Shown one piece after another: positions 8,078 through 17,004 of a stretch of 64,000 nt of DNA. The DNA lies in assembly GCA_045611765.1 (NCBI GenBank), contig JAZKXT010000004.1, forward strand, positions 68,883 through 132,882. The letters are read 5' to 3'. The notes beneath the pieces were generated by a model that did no database searches, had not been told where the DNA came from, and saw only the letters and a list, made by a program, of their open reading frames with translations. The stretch's first letter is position 1. The number at the start of each line of letters is the position of its first letter. Origin of the DNA: Clostridia bacterium (GTDB lineage Bacteria; Bacillota; Clostridia; TANB77; CAG-465). Made by a program: the position numbers and the translations under genes.

Positions 8078-9356
8078 CCATTTTCATACACTTGTATATC
8101 ATATAAAGGTTTGGTAATGTCATTATCGCATTAGCTATTGACGCTAAATCAAAAACTACTTCTACAACCATTATACTACCAAAAAATATTCCTATTACAT
8201 ATAACATTCTAAAAAAATATATTCCAATATTGGATTTAAATAAATAGTTTACTGCCTCTTCTCCATAATATTCCCAACATGGTATTGTTGCAATAACAAA
8301 AAATACCATACACACATTTAATATCGCATTACCAAAAGGCACAGTCCCAAATACACTGTTTAGCATAATTCCCACATCTGTTATGTTATACATTCCTGTA
8401 CTTACTATTGTTATACCTGTAAGCATGCACAAAATTATTGTGTCAATAACTACACTTGTTGCTGCAATTTTAGATTGAGTGTCTATGTCTTGTTCTTCAA
8501 CCGTTGCTGTAAATATTGGCGCACTCCCCATTCCAGCCTCGTTAGAAAACATTCCAAGTGAAAATCCTTTTCCTATTATTTTATTTAAACCAATTCCAAC
8601 TATTCCGCCAACAACCTCTTTTACTCCAAAAGCTGCTAGAATAACGGCTTTTAATCCCGGCAATATATTTTGCCTATGAACTACTATGATACTAAAACAA
8701 AGTACAATATATAATACAGTACATATTGGTATTATTATGCTACTAATTTTAGCAATTCTTGTTTTGCCACCAAATACGATATACGCTGTAAGTATAGCAA
8801 GTAATATTCCGATCATCGCTTTATCCATTCCAATACTTACATTAAGTAATGAGCTCAGAGAATTAGACTGTGTCATGGTTCCAGTGCAAGCAGCAGATAA
8901 GGCTACTACAGAAGCAAATATGATTGCCAGGCCCCTTTTATCCAGAACTTCATCTAACACATACATTGCACCACCAAAATAGCCTTTTTTTCTATTTTTT
9001 TTCCTGTATCTTAGTACAACCAAATTTTCTGCATATGATATAACCATAGCAAATACGCCAGAGACAAAAAGCCAAAATAAACTTCCTACTCCACCTATTG
9101 TAAGCGCTACGGCCACCCCTGTTATATTGCCTGTTCCTAACGTTCCAGCAAGTACTGTCATAAGAGACTTAAATGATGTTATCTTATTCTTGTTTCCATC
9201 CTCTTTACTCTTAAACATATCCTTTATTGCAAGCAAAATTTTTAATTGAGGGAACTTAAATTTAATACTTAAATATATACTTGTTATTGTGAGTAGCAAA
9301 ACATATGGATAACCCCATATAAAGCTATTTATATTAGATATTATTTCTTGTACCAT
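8046..9356 (-). CDS. sodium:alanine symporter family (AGCS) amino-acid carrier
   Basis: 436-aa polytopic membrane protein with the AGCS-type motif LAGTLGTGNITGVAVA. Confidence 0.8.
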   Translation of the reverse strand: MVQEIISNINSFIWGYPYVLLLTITSIYLSIKFKFPQLKILLAIKDMFKSKEDGNKNKITSFKSLMTVLAGTLGTGNITGVAVALTIGGVGSLFWLFVSGVFAMVISYAENLVVLRYRKKNRKKGYFGGAMYVLDEVLDKRGLAIIFASVVALSAACTGTMTQSNSLSSLLNVSIGMDKAMIGILLAILTAYIVFGGKTRIAKISSIIIPICTVLYIVLCFSIIVVHRQNILPGLKAVILAAFGVKEVVGGIVGIGLNKIIGKGFSLGMFSNEAGMGSAPIFTATVEEQDIDTQSKIAATSVVIDTIILCMLTGITIVSTGMYNITDVGIMLNSVFGTVPFGNAILNVCMVFFVIATIPCWEYYGEEAVNYLFKSNIGIYFFRMLYVIGIFFGSIMVVEVVFDLASIANAIMTLPNLYMIYKCMKMDESIYKNTMV

Positions 9357-9520
9357 ATAACTAATATATTATTCTTGCTAAGTTTATATGCTGATTAATT
9401 TATTTCAAAGAACACCTAACTACTTACTAGAAACCACAGCAGTAAAAAATTTACAATTTTTTAATATTTGTTCATTTACTATTGCAAATACGCTATAAGC
9501 GTTATATAGTACGCACAAGT

Positions 9521-9741
9521 AGCATTCGGTTGTTGAGTGTCTGCCTCCGATCCCAAAGAAAGGAGATTTGGTAATAATGAATAAGAGAGTTTTCATTTTG
9601 AGAGTTCTCAGGTACATTGTTATCATTTTATTCTTTCTTACCTCCATGGTAATAGAGATTAAAAAATTACACTCATTTATCGTAAATGAGTGTAACTCTT
9701 AGTTTTTAGGGTAGACACTCAACGTACCAAACCGAATGTTC
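9521..9741. repeat. long-range imperfect inverted repeat (arms 9521-9545 and 9709-9741; cores AGACACTCAAC and CCGAATG) bracketing about 165 bp that contains a terminator-type hairpin
   Basis: Seen directly. Lies in the about 480-bp spoIIE-alsT intergenic region, i.e. within the 5' leader of the symporter gene. Confidence 0.5.
9661..9695 (-). terminator. terminator/attenuator hairpin (TTACACTCATTTA-cga-TAAATGAGTGTAA + U6) on the minus strand
   Basis: 13-bp perfect stem and U-run seen directly. About 140 nt downstream of the spoIIE stop and about 300 nt upstream of the symporter start. Confidence 0.55.
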
Positions 9742-9776
9742 CCTTTTTATTTTATGTATTTCTACTTTATATACAC

Positions 9777-9805
9777 ATATTAATACATATTGTTTATTTT
9801 GTCAA
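9777..9805 (-). promoter_or_regulatory. candidate sigma-A promoter (TTGACA-17-TAATAT) for the symporter leader
   Basis: Hexamers seen on the minus strand just downstream of the spoIIE stop. Confidence 0.4.
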
Positions 9806-9837
9806 ATACACAGTTAAGTTTTTTTAATTCTAATATA

Positions 9838-12228
9838 CTATGCTATTTTGCATACAACCACAGTAACGTCATCTAATACAATTTTGTTTTGGCTTCCAAC
9901 TATACGAGCCATAATTCTGTCCATTAGTTTTTTCTCTGTAATTTCAGCTTCATCTTTTAGATTGTCTAATATTTCTTGAAGTGAAGATTTATTCACATCT
10001 GTAACTGCTCCATCAGAAATTAATACTACGAAATCCCCTTTGTTCACAGGCTTTTCAATAGCTGTGTACTTAATATTAGATACAAGCCCCATCGGCATAT
10101 TATCTTGTTTTATTTCACTTACTTCGCCATCTTCTATCATATATGACGGAGCCGCTCCAAGTTTAATAAATTCTAAAACATTATCCCTTTCGTTAACAGC
10201 ACACATATCCAATGTTGCTGAAGTTTCGCCACTTTCTCTAAGCTTAACTAACTTATTTATTATATCTAATATCTCCCCTTTGTTAAATCCACTAGCCCCC
10301 ATTTTTTCTATCATAGAAATAACAGTTTCGCTAACTTCTTTAGACTTAGCACCAGACCCCATGCCATCGCTTATAGCAATTATTTTACTGTTGTCTTTAA
10401 GCTCAGTTACGATGTATGAGTCACCACTTACCATGCTGTCTGCTTTTCTAACTTGTTTTACAACAGCTTTAACTACATACTTACTACTTGGTATAAGTTT
10501 AATTCTAGACTTCTCTGTTTTACTACTATTTAATACAAGTTTAATGCTCATATTAGCGCCCATAACATCACTGACTATTTTCTGTATTTCACGTTTAGCT
10601 TTTTCTATATCTACTAATATGTCCGTAATAAACTCATAGTGCTTAGAGGTTTCTGTATTTTCATAGCTATCTTCATAAACTGCATAGCCCATATATTTTA
10701 ATTCTTCACGAATTCTTTTTTGTTCCGGAGTATCTACCTTAACAGGCTTATCCTCTCTTGCAATATTTCTAATCAAGCTTGATATCGTCTTATATTCTTC
10801 AGCTAGCTTTTTGCTTGCCTCATTTTCTTTTCGCTTAACAATTCTCATAAGTTTAATATTGCTGTATATGTCTATAATGTTGTCTATTAATTCAGACTTC
10901 AAATCGCACTCAACAGGAACCATTTCGTTTGTTATTGGTTTGTTTTCTTCTAAACTTTTAGCTATATGGTCTGCTACTATGTCTAGCTCATCATTTAGGC
11001 AATTAAATCTATTTTTACAACTTATACATTCATTCTTTTTATAATCTAGTAAATATTTCTTGATAACTGTTTTTGTCTCCTCTATTGTTTCTTCTGTTAC
11101 TGGAGTTGTAATGTGTGCTAGGTTATCGAAAACCTCAGACATAGCATTTAGTCTTTCTTTTATATCACTACCAGCCCCAAGTAAGTTTTCGTAGCCTCTA
11201 CCTAGTCCGTTAGAAGTCGTTCCAAATAAATCCTCTAGTTTTAATATAAGTCTTCTTGGAAGTACTAATAAAACACTTGATGCAACTAATAGTTCTGCAA
11301 ACTTACTCCATACAATAATATCTCTTGTATACACATAAGAAAGAACTAAATTACCTAATACAAATACTACAGCTACAACATACTTGCTATACCTATTAAG
11401 CACTCCTGCTATAAATCCCGAAAATGCAAATGTTGTAAGTATTAATGAAGATTGTCCTGTAGCGATTGTATAAATTAATCCTACAAGTACCCCCGTTGCA
11501 GTTCCGACCATCCAGTCATTTTTCCAAGAAATTATCATAATAATTGTCATTATTAATACATTGGCTATGTTAAATCCTAATACTATTAAGTTATAGAATG
11601 GTACTAACATAAGTGAGAGTACTATTCCTAAACTTATAATTTCCTCTTTAGAAAATATTATCTTCTTAGTAATATTAAGTAACATTGACATTCCATATGT
11701 AACTATAGAGTAAAATGATACTGTAAGTAACAAATGTGTCATAGCCTGGCTCACCGTAAAGCTTGTCTTACTATAAATTAAACATGTTACTATATTGGAT
11801 ACAATTGTTGCCGCTCCTAGCTTTAACATTGTTGTATATTTTTTACTATATCCTTCTATTTCAATAATAGACGTAAATAATGTGTACGCCACATACGTCA
11901 AACCATAATTTATAAATACACTTACATCTGCTTTAAATATTAAATAACAAAGTAACGTTATGATAAACGGTAACACTAGAGGTATATTAAATACTGTAGC
12001 TATACCTAGCATTATAACCGCAAATGGTTTTACTTCCATAAATGTAATCATACAAGTTAGTACTAGTACCAAAACATATGGTATTGTTTTATAATCGAAA
12101 AGACTTTTTGCAGTCTGTATAAATTGTTTAAATCTATTTGGTTTTAAATTTACCCTCTCATCAACAACCAAATCTTCTTCAAATATCATGTGAACACCTC
12201 TTACTTTTTTACACATATAATACCGCAA
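9838..12228 (-). CDS. spoIIE: stage II sporulation protein E (polytopic N-terminal domain + PP2C phosphatase)
   Basis: 796 aa, about 10 N-terminal TM helices, C-terminal PP2C motifs (IAISDGMGSG, VLISDGA). Confidence 0.85.
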   Translation of the reverse strand: MRYYMCKKVRGVHMIFEEDLVVDERVNLKPNRFKQFIQTAKSLFDYKTIPYVLVLVLTCMITFMEVKPFAVIMLGIATVFNIPLVLPFIITLLCYLIFKADVSVFINYGLTYVAYTLFTSIIEIEGYSKKYTTMLKLGAATIVSNIVTCLIYSKTSFTVSQAMTHLLLTVSFYSIVTYGMSMLLNITKKIIFSKEEIISLGIVLSLMLVPFYNLIVLGFNIANVLIMTIIMIISWKNDWMVGTATGVLVGLIYTIATGQSSLILTTFAFSGFIAGVLNRYSKYVVAVVFVLGNLVLSYVYTRDIIVWSKFAELLVASSVLLVLPRRLILKLEDLFGTTSNGLGRGYENLLGAGSDIKERLNAMSEVFDNLAHITTPVTEETIEETKTVIKKYLLDYKKNECISCKNRFNCLNDELDIVADHIAKSLEENKPITNEMVPVECDLKSELIDNIIDIYSNIKLMRIVKRKENEASKKLAEEYKTISSLIRNIAREDKPVKVDTPEQKRIREELKYMGYAVYEDSYENTETSKHYEFITDILVDIEKAKREIQKIVSDVMGANMSIKLVLNSSKTEKSRIKLIPSSKYVVKAVVKQVRKADSMVSGDSYIVTELKDNSKIIAISDGMGSGAKSKEVSETVISMIEKMGASGFNKGEILDIINKLVKLRESGETSATLDMCAVNERDNVLEFIKLGAAPSYMIEDGEVSEIKQDNMPMGLVSNIKYTAIEKPVNKGDFVVLISDGAVTDVNKSSLQEILDNLKDEAEITEKKLMDRIMARIVGSQNKIVLDDVTVVVCKIA

Positions 12229-12295
12229 CTATACTATCGTATTTTGTCACAATTTGATTTTGTTTCAACTTTTTATATATTTTATTACAGAGTAC

Positions 12296-12336
12296 GTAAA
12301 AAATCAAGTAAATAGGCACATTTCACCTATTTACTT
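12296..12336 (-). terminator. terminator (AAGTAAATAGG-N9-CCTATTTACTT) after the Met/His-rich gene
   Basis: 11-bp stem with a T-run on the minus strand. Confidence 0.5.
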
Positions 12337-12403
12337 TTTAATTTATATATTATGTTGTTTTTCACAATTTATTTGATACTCAATTTTTAACTTTAATTTT
12401 TGA

Positions 12404-13009
12404 TTAATAACAAGATGTACATCCACCTTTTAATAGTTCTGTTACAAATAGAATGCTTAATGTATCTTTTAAAAGTCCATTACAGAATGGGCAAAATGCT
12501 CTAGTTTCTGTTTTTCCCTCTTCAGTTTCCACTCTATCTAATACTATTATTTTCTTAATATCTTCCTCTTTCTTCATTACTTCACAAATCATATCATTTA
12601 ACTCTTCGTTAAATTTATCTTTAGATATTGCTTTAGGCATTACACCCATGTTTTCCATCATCATTTTATGCATTGTTTTGTGCACATGCACAATAAGTAC
12701 GTTATATGTTTTGCCACACATATTCTCTAATGGTTCCATATGTTGATGCATATGGTACATTGGATACATTTCACCACGTATCATATGACTTCCTGGCATT
12801 GTATAATTTGGATTTAAGTATTTATCACACATATTGTGTGGTCCTTCCCATTTATCCGTATACTTTCCATACATATATAGTGGCATTTTGTGTTCCATGC
12901 CTTTATTGTCCCATTTTAAACACTCTGCTTGACACGGCTCTATACAATTGTTCATCGGCATAGGCATAACCATATGATTATATCCCATATAATTTCTATC
13001 GAATTCCAT
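12404..13009 (-). CDS. Met/His-rich protein (201 aa; about 15% Met, many MxM/HxH/MxH motifs) with C-terminal CxxC pair; possible metal (Cu) binding or spore-coat-type protein
   Basis: Composition seen directly (MVMPMPM, MYPMYHMHQHM, HVHKTMHKMMMENM). C-terminal CPFCNG...GGCTSC. Confidence 0.5.
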   Translation of the reverse strand: MEFDRNYMGYNHMVMPMPMNNCIEPCQAECLKWDNKGMEHKMPLYMYGKYTDKWEGPHNMCDKYLNPNYTMPGSHMIRGEMYPMYHMHQHMEPLENMCGKTYNVLIVHVHKTMHKMMMENMGVMPKAISKDKFNEELNDMICEVMKKEEDIKKIIVLDRVETEEGKTETRAFCPFCNGLLKDTLSILFVTELLKGGCTSCY

Positions 13010-13082
13010 TTTACATTCCTCCTACAGTATATTATATGGCTACTATAGATTTATGTGCAAAAAAATAGAATGTGCTTACATT

Positions 13083-13358
13083 CTATTTAAAATCAAAATT
13101 CATTGAAACATCTGACCTTGACTTCATGTTGTAACTTTGCCAGATTTCGGTTGCCATTTCTCTTGTTATCTCTTTGTTGTAATATGGATTTACTGTATTA
13201 GATAAATAAAACTTACCATTGTCCTTTACTATTTCTTGTTCTCCAAATGTATATAATACTTCTGTAAAACCTTCACCCATATCATATGCTTTTAGAAACA
13301 CTAATGGGTCCTCAGGTATATATTCCTCTACTATTTTATCCATTCTTTTGTTTTTCAT
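13083..13358 (-). CDS. hypothetical protein (91 aa)
   Basis: RBS GAGGGAG 6 nt upstream of ATG. Confidence 0.45.
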   Translation of the reverse strand: MKNKRMDKIVEEYIPEDPLVFLKAYDMGEGFTEVLYTFGEQEIVKDNGKFYLSNTVNPYYNKEITREMATEIWQSYNMKSRSDVSMNFDFK

Positions 13359-13361
13359 AGG

Positions 13362-13748
13362 CTACACTCCCTCAATAATTTCTATACTTTTAGCTATTAT
13401 ATGCTCTAGTCTAGTCTCTTCATTAGATAAATACAAATATCCAATTAACGCTTCAAATCCCGTCGCTATTTTATATGTTATTACATCTGTATTTTTAGGT
13501 ACCGTGTTTGCTTCAGCATTTCTACCTCTGCGAATTATATCTTTTTCATAATCTGTAAGTTCAGCCGTCAAACTTTCTACTACTTTAGCTTGAGCTTTTG
13601 CACTTACATATTTTACTGTTTTCTTATGTAGTTTATTTACTTGTTCACGCGAATTAGAGATTACATGTTTACGTATATATAATTCATAAACAACATCTCC
13701 AATATATGCTAATGTTTTTACATTCACTTCTCTTACATCCACGTCCAT
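13362..13748 (-). CDS. mrnC: Mini-ribonuclease 3 (Mini-III, 23S rRNA maturation)
   Basis: 128 aa with RNase III signature LAYIGDVVYELYIR and no dsRBD. Confidence 0.75.
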   Translation of the reverse strand: MDVDVREVNVKTLAYIGDVVYELYIRKHVISNSREQVNKLHKKTVKYVSAKAQAKVVESLTAELTDYEKDIIRRGRNAEANTVPKNTDVITYKIATGFEALIGYLYLSNEETRLEHIIAKSIEIIEGV

Positions 13749-13785
13749 TACCTCAAAAAAATTATATATTATATATTTGCATTTT

Positions 13786-13801
13786 ACAACAAATTTGTTG
13801 T
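13786..13801. promoter_or_regulatory. perfect 16-bp palindrome ACAACAAATTTGTTGT in the divergent mrnC / thioredoxin-like promoter region
   Basis: Seen directly. Overlaps a candidate TGTATAAT extended -10 element for the plus-strand gene. Confidence 0.35.
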
Positions 13802-13849
13802 ATTTTATAAATAATTTGTGTATAATTTATTTATCTTAGGAGGCATAAA

Positions 13850-14467
13850 ATGCAAAAAAAATATATTTTAATTTTAATCTTAACTTTCATATTTGGTCTT
13901 GTAATAGGTGCTTTTGGCAGTTACATGTCTACAAGACAAAATATAAACGCTCCTATTGTTAATAATGGTGGAAATGAAAATACCGGCAATCCATCTAACG
14001 AAGAAAATAACACTCCATTGGATTTGCCAACAGAAGGAAACGATACTATTCTTACAACTAAATCTGACACTACTTTAAGAGTGGTAAATGAATACGACAA
14101 AAACTTTATTACGGCTAAGAAAAACTTGTTAATAATGTTCGCGTCATGGTGTCCAAACTGCCAAGCAGAAATTAGCGAAATAGAGAAAATATTACAACAT
14201 TACAAAAACAGCAAAGACGTAAACGTAGTACTTATTGCTCATGAATATACAGATACTGTATCCGATTTAATAGACCTTGTTGAAAATGATGTAGATTTCG
14301 GCAACGTTGAAATTAAATTAGATTTAGGAAGAGTTATTAGAAGAACAATAGACCCAGAAGCATCTACAATTCCAATTTCTTATGTTGTAGATAGAAATGG
14401 GAAAGTACTAGAAGTATACAATGCAAGTTTAACATTAGAAAAAGCAATAGATATGGTTGGGAAGTAG
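13850..14467 (+). CDS. membrane-anchored TlpA/ResA-like thiol-disulfide oxidoreductase (thioredoxin fold, WCPNC)
   Basis: N-terminal TM anchor, CxxC motif ASWCPNCQ; 205 aa. Confidence 0.7.
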   Translation: MQKKYILILILTFIFGLVIGAFGSYMSTRQNINAPIVNNGGNENTGNPSNEENNTPLDLPTEGNDTILTTKSDTTLRVVNEYDKNFITAKKNLLIMFASWCPNCQAEISEIEKILQHYKNSKDVNVVLIAHEYTDTVSDLIDLVENDVDFGNVEIKLDLGRVIRRTIDPEASTIPISYVVDRNGKVLEVYNASLTLEKAIDMVGK

Positions 14468-14491
14468 CCAAAGGCTACTTCCTTATCATAT

Positions 14492-15796
14492 CTATTTGTC
14501 CTCTTTACAAGTATCGCCACTTTCTTTTTTCCTATACATATCACACGACCACGTTCTTCCTACTTTAGTGTTATCTTGTCTTCTATCTCTAAGCTCTGGT
14601 ATAGGATTGGGCGCAACTTCAAATCTATAATCACATCCATGTTTTGCAATGTATTTTTCTATAACATTATGACTAGGTATCGAGTCTACAAATTCATTTA
14701 CTTGTGACTGATATTTGAAAAAGTCAGCGTTTGGTTGTAAACTTTGTACAGGCACATAGTCTTCTCTTAAAGCTGTATAATCTACTGTACATTTTAGTAC
14801 TTCTCTTACATATTCTATATTTGGCCCAAGTTTTAAAAGTTTAGGGAATGTTCCATCTGGTATTAGACAAGCCGCATCTTTTCCATCATATTCTCTTAAA
14901 AGATATGCGGCCAGATGTAATCCTGCCACCGAACGTTCATATCCTGCTTTCCAAACCTTTTTAACACACTCGTTTGTTTCATCGCATATACATGAATAAT
15001 ATAGATAGCACATAGTATACATATGCATTAATAAGTTTTCGTACCAACCGACATTAGTATCCATTAAGCTTCCATATTGTGTTACGTGTTGTTCTTCTAC
15101 CATACCAATTTCTTGATATAGTCTTCTACCCAAATCTGTTGGATAAAGGTTACAAATATTCATATAGAAGTTCATTGTTTGTTGTTCTGCCGCAGTTATA
15201 ATGTTTATATGCAGTTTAGTAAGCATACTTGCTCTATCATTATCCACGTGGTATCTAACACTATCTAATGGGCATCTATGATGGGCAATTGTTGGTCTTG
15301 CAGGCATAATTTCTGTATATCTTCCAACCAACTTTTCAGCCGGAATACCGTAATCCATTTCAAGAAGATTTGAATATCTATACAAATGGTCAAAATCTTC
15401 TAATAGTGCAAAGTCCAGCGCTTTTTTAACATATGGGTCAGGCTCATTTTGTGCAAGTCTTGCTGTTAAATCTACTGCAAGCATCTCATAAGAAATAGTT
15501 TCTTCTAGTGCACTTTCATTTACCGGTTTTAGACATTGTATTAACTTTTGCATTTGTTGTGAGGCTCTTCTTATTGTAGCTAAATGTCTTCTGACTTCGT
15601 TGTTATTACAGTTTCGACTAAATTGATGCATAAAAAATACTTGCTCAGTTTCAGCGCCATTCATTAGTATTATTCTTGTTTTTGTGTATGGGTCTACACA
15701 ATTTTTATCATAAGACTTTGGATAAATTTCTTTCCAATTCATATACGATTTATTCAAATCTATCGGCATTTGTTCAAACGGATTCAAAACAATCAC
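14492..15796 (-). CDS. hypothetical protein, possible ferritin-like/diiron-carboxylate fold (two ExxH motifs)
   Basis: LEDFDH and VEEQH motifs. GC somewhat above local background. No confident family assignment. Confidence 0.4.
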   Translation of the reverse strand: MIVLNPFEQMPIDLNKSYMNWKEIYPKSYDKNCVDPYTKTRIILMNGAETEQVFFMHQFSRNCNNNEVRRHLATIRRASQQMQKLIQCLKPVNESALEETISYEMLAVDLTARLAQNEPDPYVKKALDFALLEDFDHLYRYSNLLEMDYGIPAEKLVGRYTEIMPARPTIAHHRCPLDSVRYHVDNDRASMLTKLHINIITAAEQQTMNFYMNICNLYPTDLGRRLYQEIGMVEEQHVTQYGSLMDTNVGWYENLLMHMYTMCYLYYSCICDETNECVKKVWKAGYERSVAGLHLAAYLLREYDGKDAACLIPDGTFPKLLKLGPNIEYVREVLKCTVDYTALREDYVPVQSLQPNADFFKYQSQVNEFVDSIPSHNVIEKYIAKHGCDYRFEVAPNPIPELRDRRQDNTKVGRTWSCDMYRKKESGDTCKEDK

Positions 15797-15942
15797 ACTC
15801 CTTCATTACATTTATATGTAGCAATGTAGCCTATTTATGAATAAATAATAAATCTCCATCGGATTTACACTACATCCAAAATTTGTGATAATATGTTTAA
15901 TATTTTAGGTGCAGTTTATATCTGGTTGGCTTATACAATTAA

Positions 15943-15961
15943 GGCCGTATTAAATACGGCC
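15943..15961 (-). terminator. hairpin GGCCGTAT-ttaa-ATACGGCC just 3' of the aspartokinase gene
   Basis: Seen directly, 6 nt after the stop. Confidence 0.45.
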
Positions 15962-15966
15962 ATCTT

Positions 15967-16950
15967 CTACTTATTCAATATTAATTTTTCGTGTAAAATA
16001 TTTGCGAATTCTTTTGCGACCTTATCTTGAATAATGATACTTACCATTGTTTCACTTAAATTTAGTATATGTATAACTATATTTTTTTCTTTTGCTATCT
16101 CATATATTCTAGTCAAATATTCTGAATTGGATATAAAATTCCCTCCTATTATACTTATTTTAGCTAAATCTTTCTCTATAGCTAGCATTTTAGGTGTTGT
16201 ATCCTCACTTACATCCTCATTTCTTTTATATACTAAAGTCCCTCGTTTATCTCCCAATGTGTTTTTTACCATTATCTTCATTTTATATTTTTTACCTATA
16301 CCTACAGACCTATTATGCAATACTTTTGCCCCAGCCGTAGCAGCTTCTAACATTTCGTCATATGATATTGTCTCTAATAATTTCGTATTATCTATAACAT
16401 TTGGGTCTGCTGAAAATACCCCGTCAACATCTGTGTAAATCTCGCATCTTTTAGCTTTAAGACTTGCAGCAATTGCCACAGCTGACAAATCACTTCCACC
16501 GCGGCCAAGAGTAGTTATATTTCCAAATTTATCTATGCCTTGAAATCCCGCCACAACAACTATTTTGCCGCTTTCTAAGTATTTAGCTATATTTTCCTTC
16601 ATTATCATTTTTATTCTAGCCGTAGAAAAGTTGGAATCTGTTATTACTCCCGCTTGCCCACCAGTCAATCCCACTGCATCATAGCCTTCATTCTTAAGCA
16701 TCATAGTAAGCAAAGCAACTGTTTGTATCTCTCCCGTTGAAAGAAGTAAGTCCATTTCCTTATTATATGTTTTCTCACAATATTCACTAGCTTTATTTAT
16801 TAATCCGTCTGTTGTCTTTCCTTGAGCCGAAACTACAACAACCACTCTATTATCTTGTTTTATTGTAGATATTATTTTTTTCGTAACTAGCCCTAATTTT
16901 TCTTTATCCGCAACCGAACTGCCCCCGTATTTTTGTACAACAATATCCAT
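15967..16950 (-). CDS. aspartate kinase (amino-acid kinase domain + ACT domain)
   Basis: MDIVVQKYGGSSV... and VVVVSAQGKTTD motifs. Start placed at the second ATG (GGAGG RBS 8 nt upstream). Confidence 0.7.
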   Translation of the reverse strand: MDIVVQKYGGSSVADKEKLGLVTKKIISTIKQDNRVVVVVSAQGKTTDGLINKASEYCEKTYNKEMDLLLSTGEIQTVALLTMMLKNEGYDAVGLTGGQAGVITDSNFSTARIKMIMKENIAKYLESGKIVVVAGFQGIDKFGNITTLGRGGSDLSAVAIAASLKAKRCEIYTDVDGVFSADPNVIDNTKLLETISYDEMLEAATAGAKVLHNRSVGIGKKYKMKIMVKNTLGDKRGTLVYKRNEDVSEDTTPKMLAIEKDLAKISIIGGNFISNSEYLTRIYEIAKEKNIVIHILNLSETMVSIIIQDKVAKEFANILHEKLILNK

Positions 16951-17004
16951 AAAAAATACCTCCATATACGATATTTTACGTATACAGAGATATATTTGTT
17001 ACAA

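Noticed and set aside
9420-9647. 75-aa ORF inside the symporter leader as a real gene
   Set aside because: The annotated ATG has no RBS and the sequence lies within predicted RNA structure. More likely it is non-coding leader; it is kept only as part of the leader finding.
10040-10639. Antisense ORFs inside spoIIE, the giant gene and other long genes (e.g. 10040..10639, 39953..40663, 48298..48885)
   Set aside because: They are low-complexity Ser/Leu/Ile-rich translations of the opposite strand of well-supported genes, with no RBS.
15967-17004. Lysine riboswitch (L-box) upstream of aspartokinase
   Set aside because: Only about 40 bp separate the gene from the upstream ABC-F stop, which is too short for an L-box.
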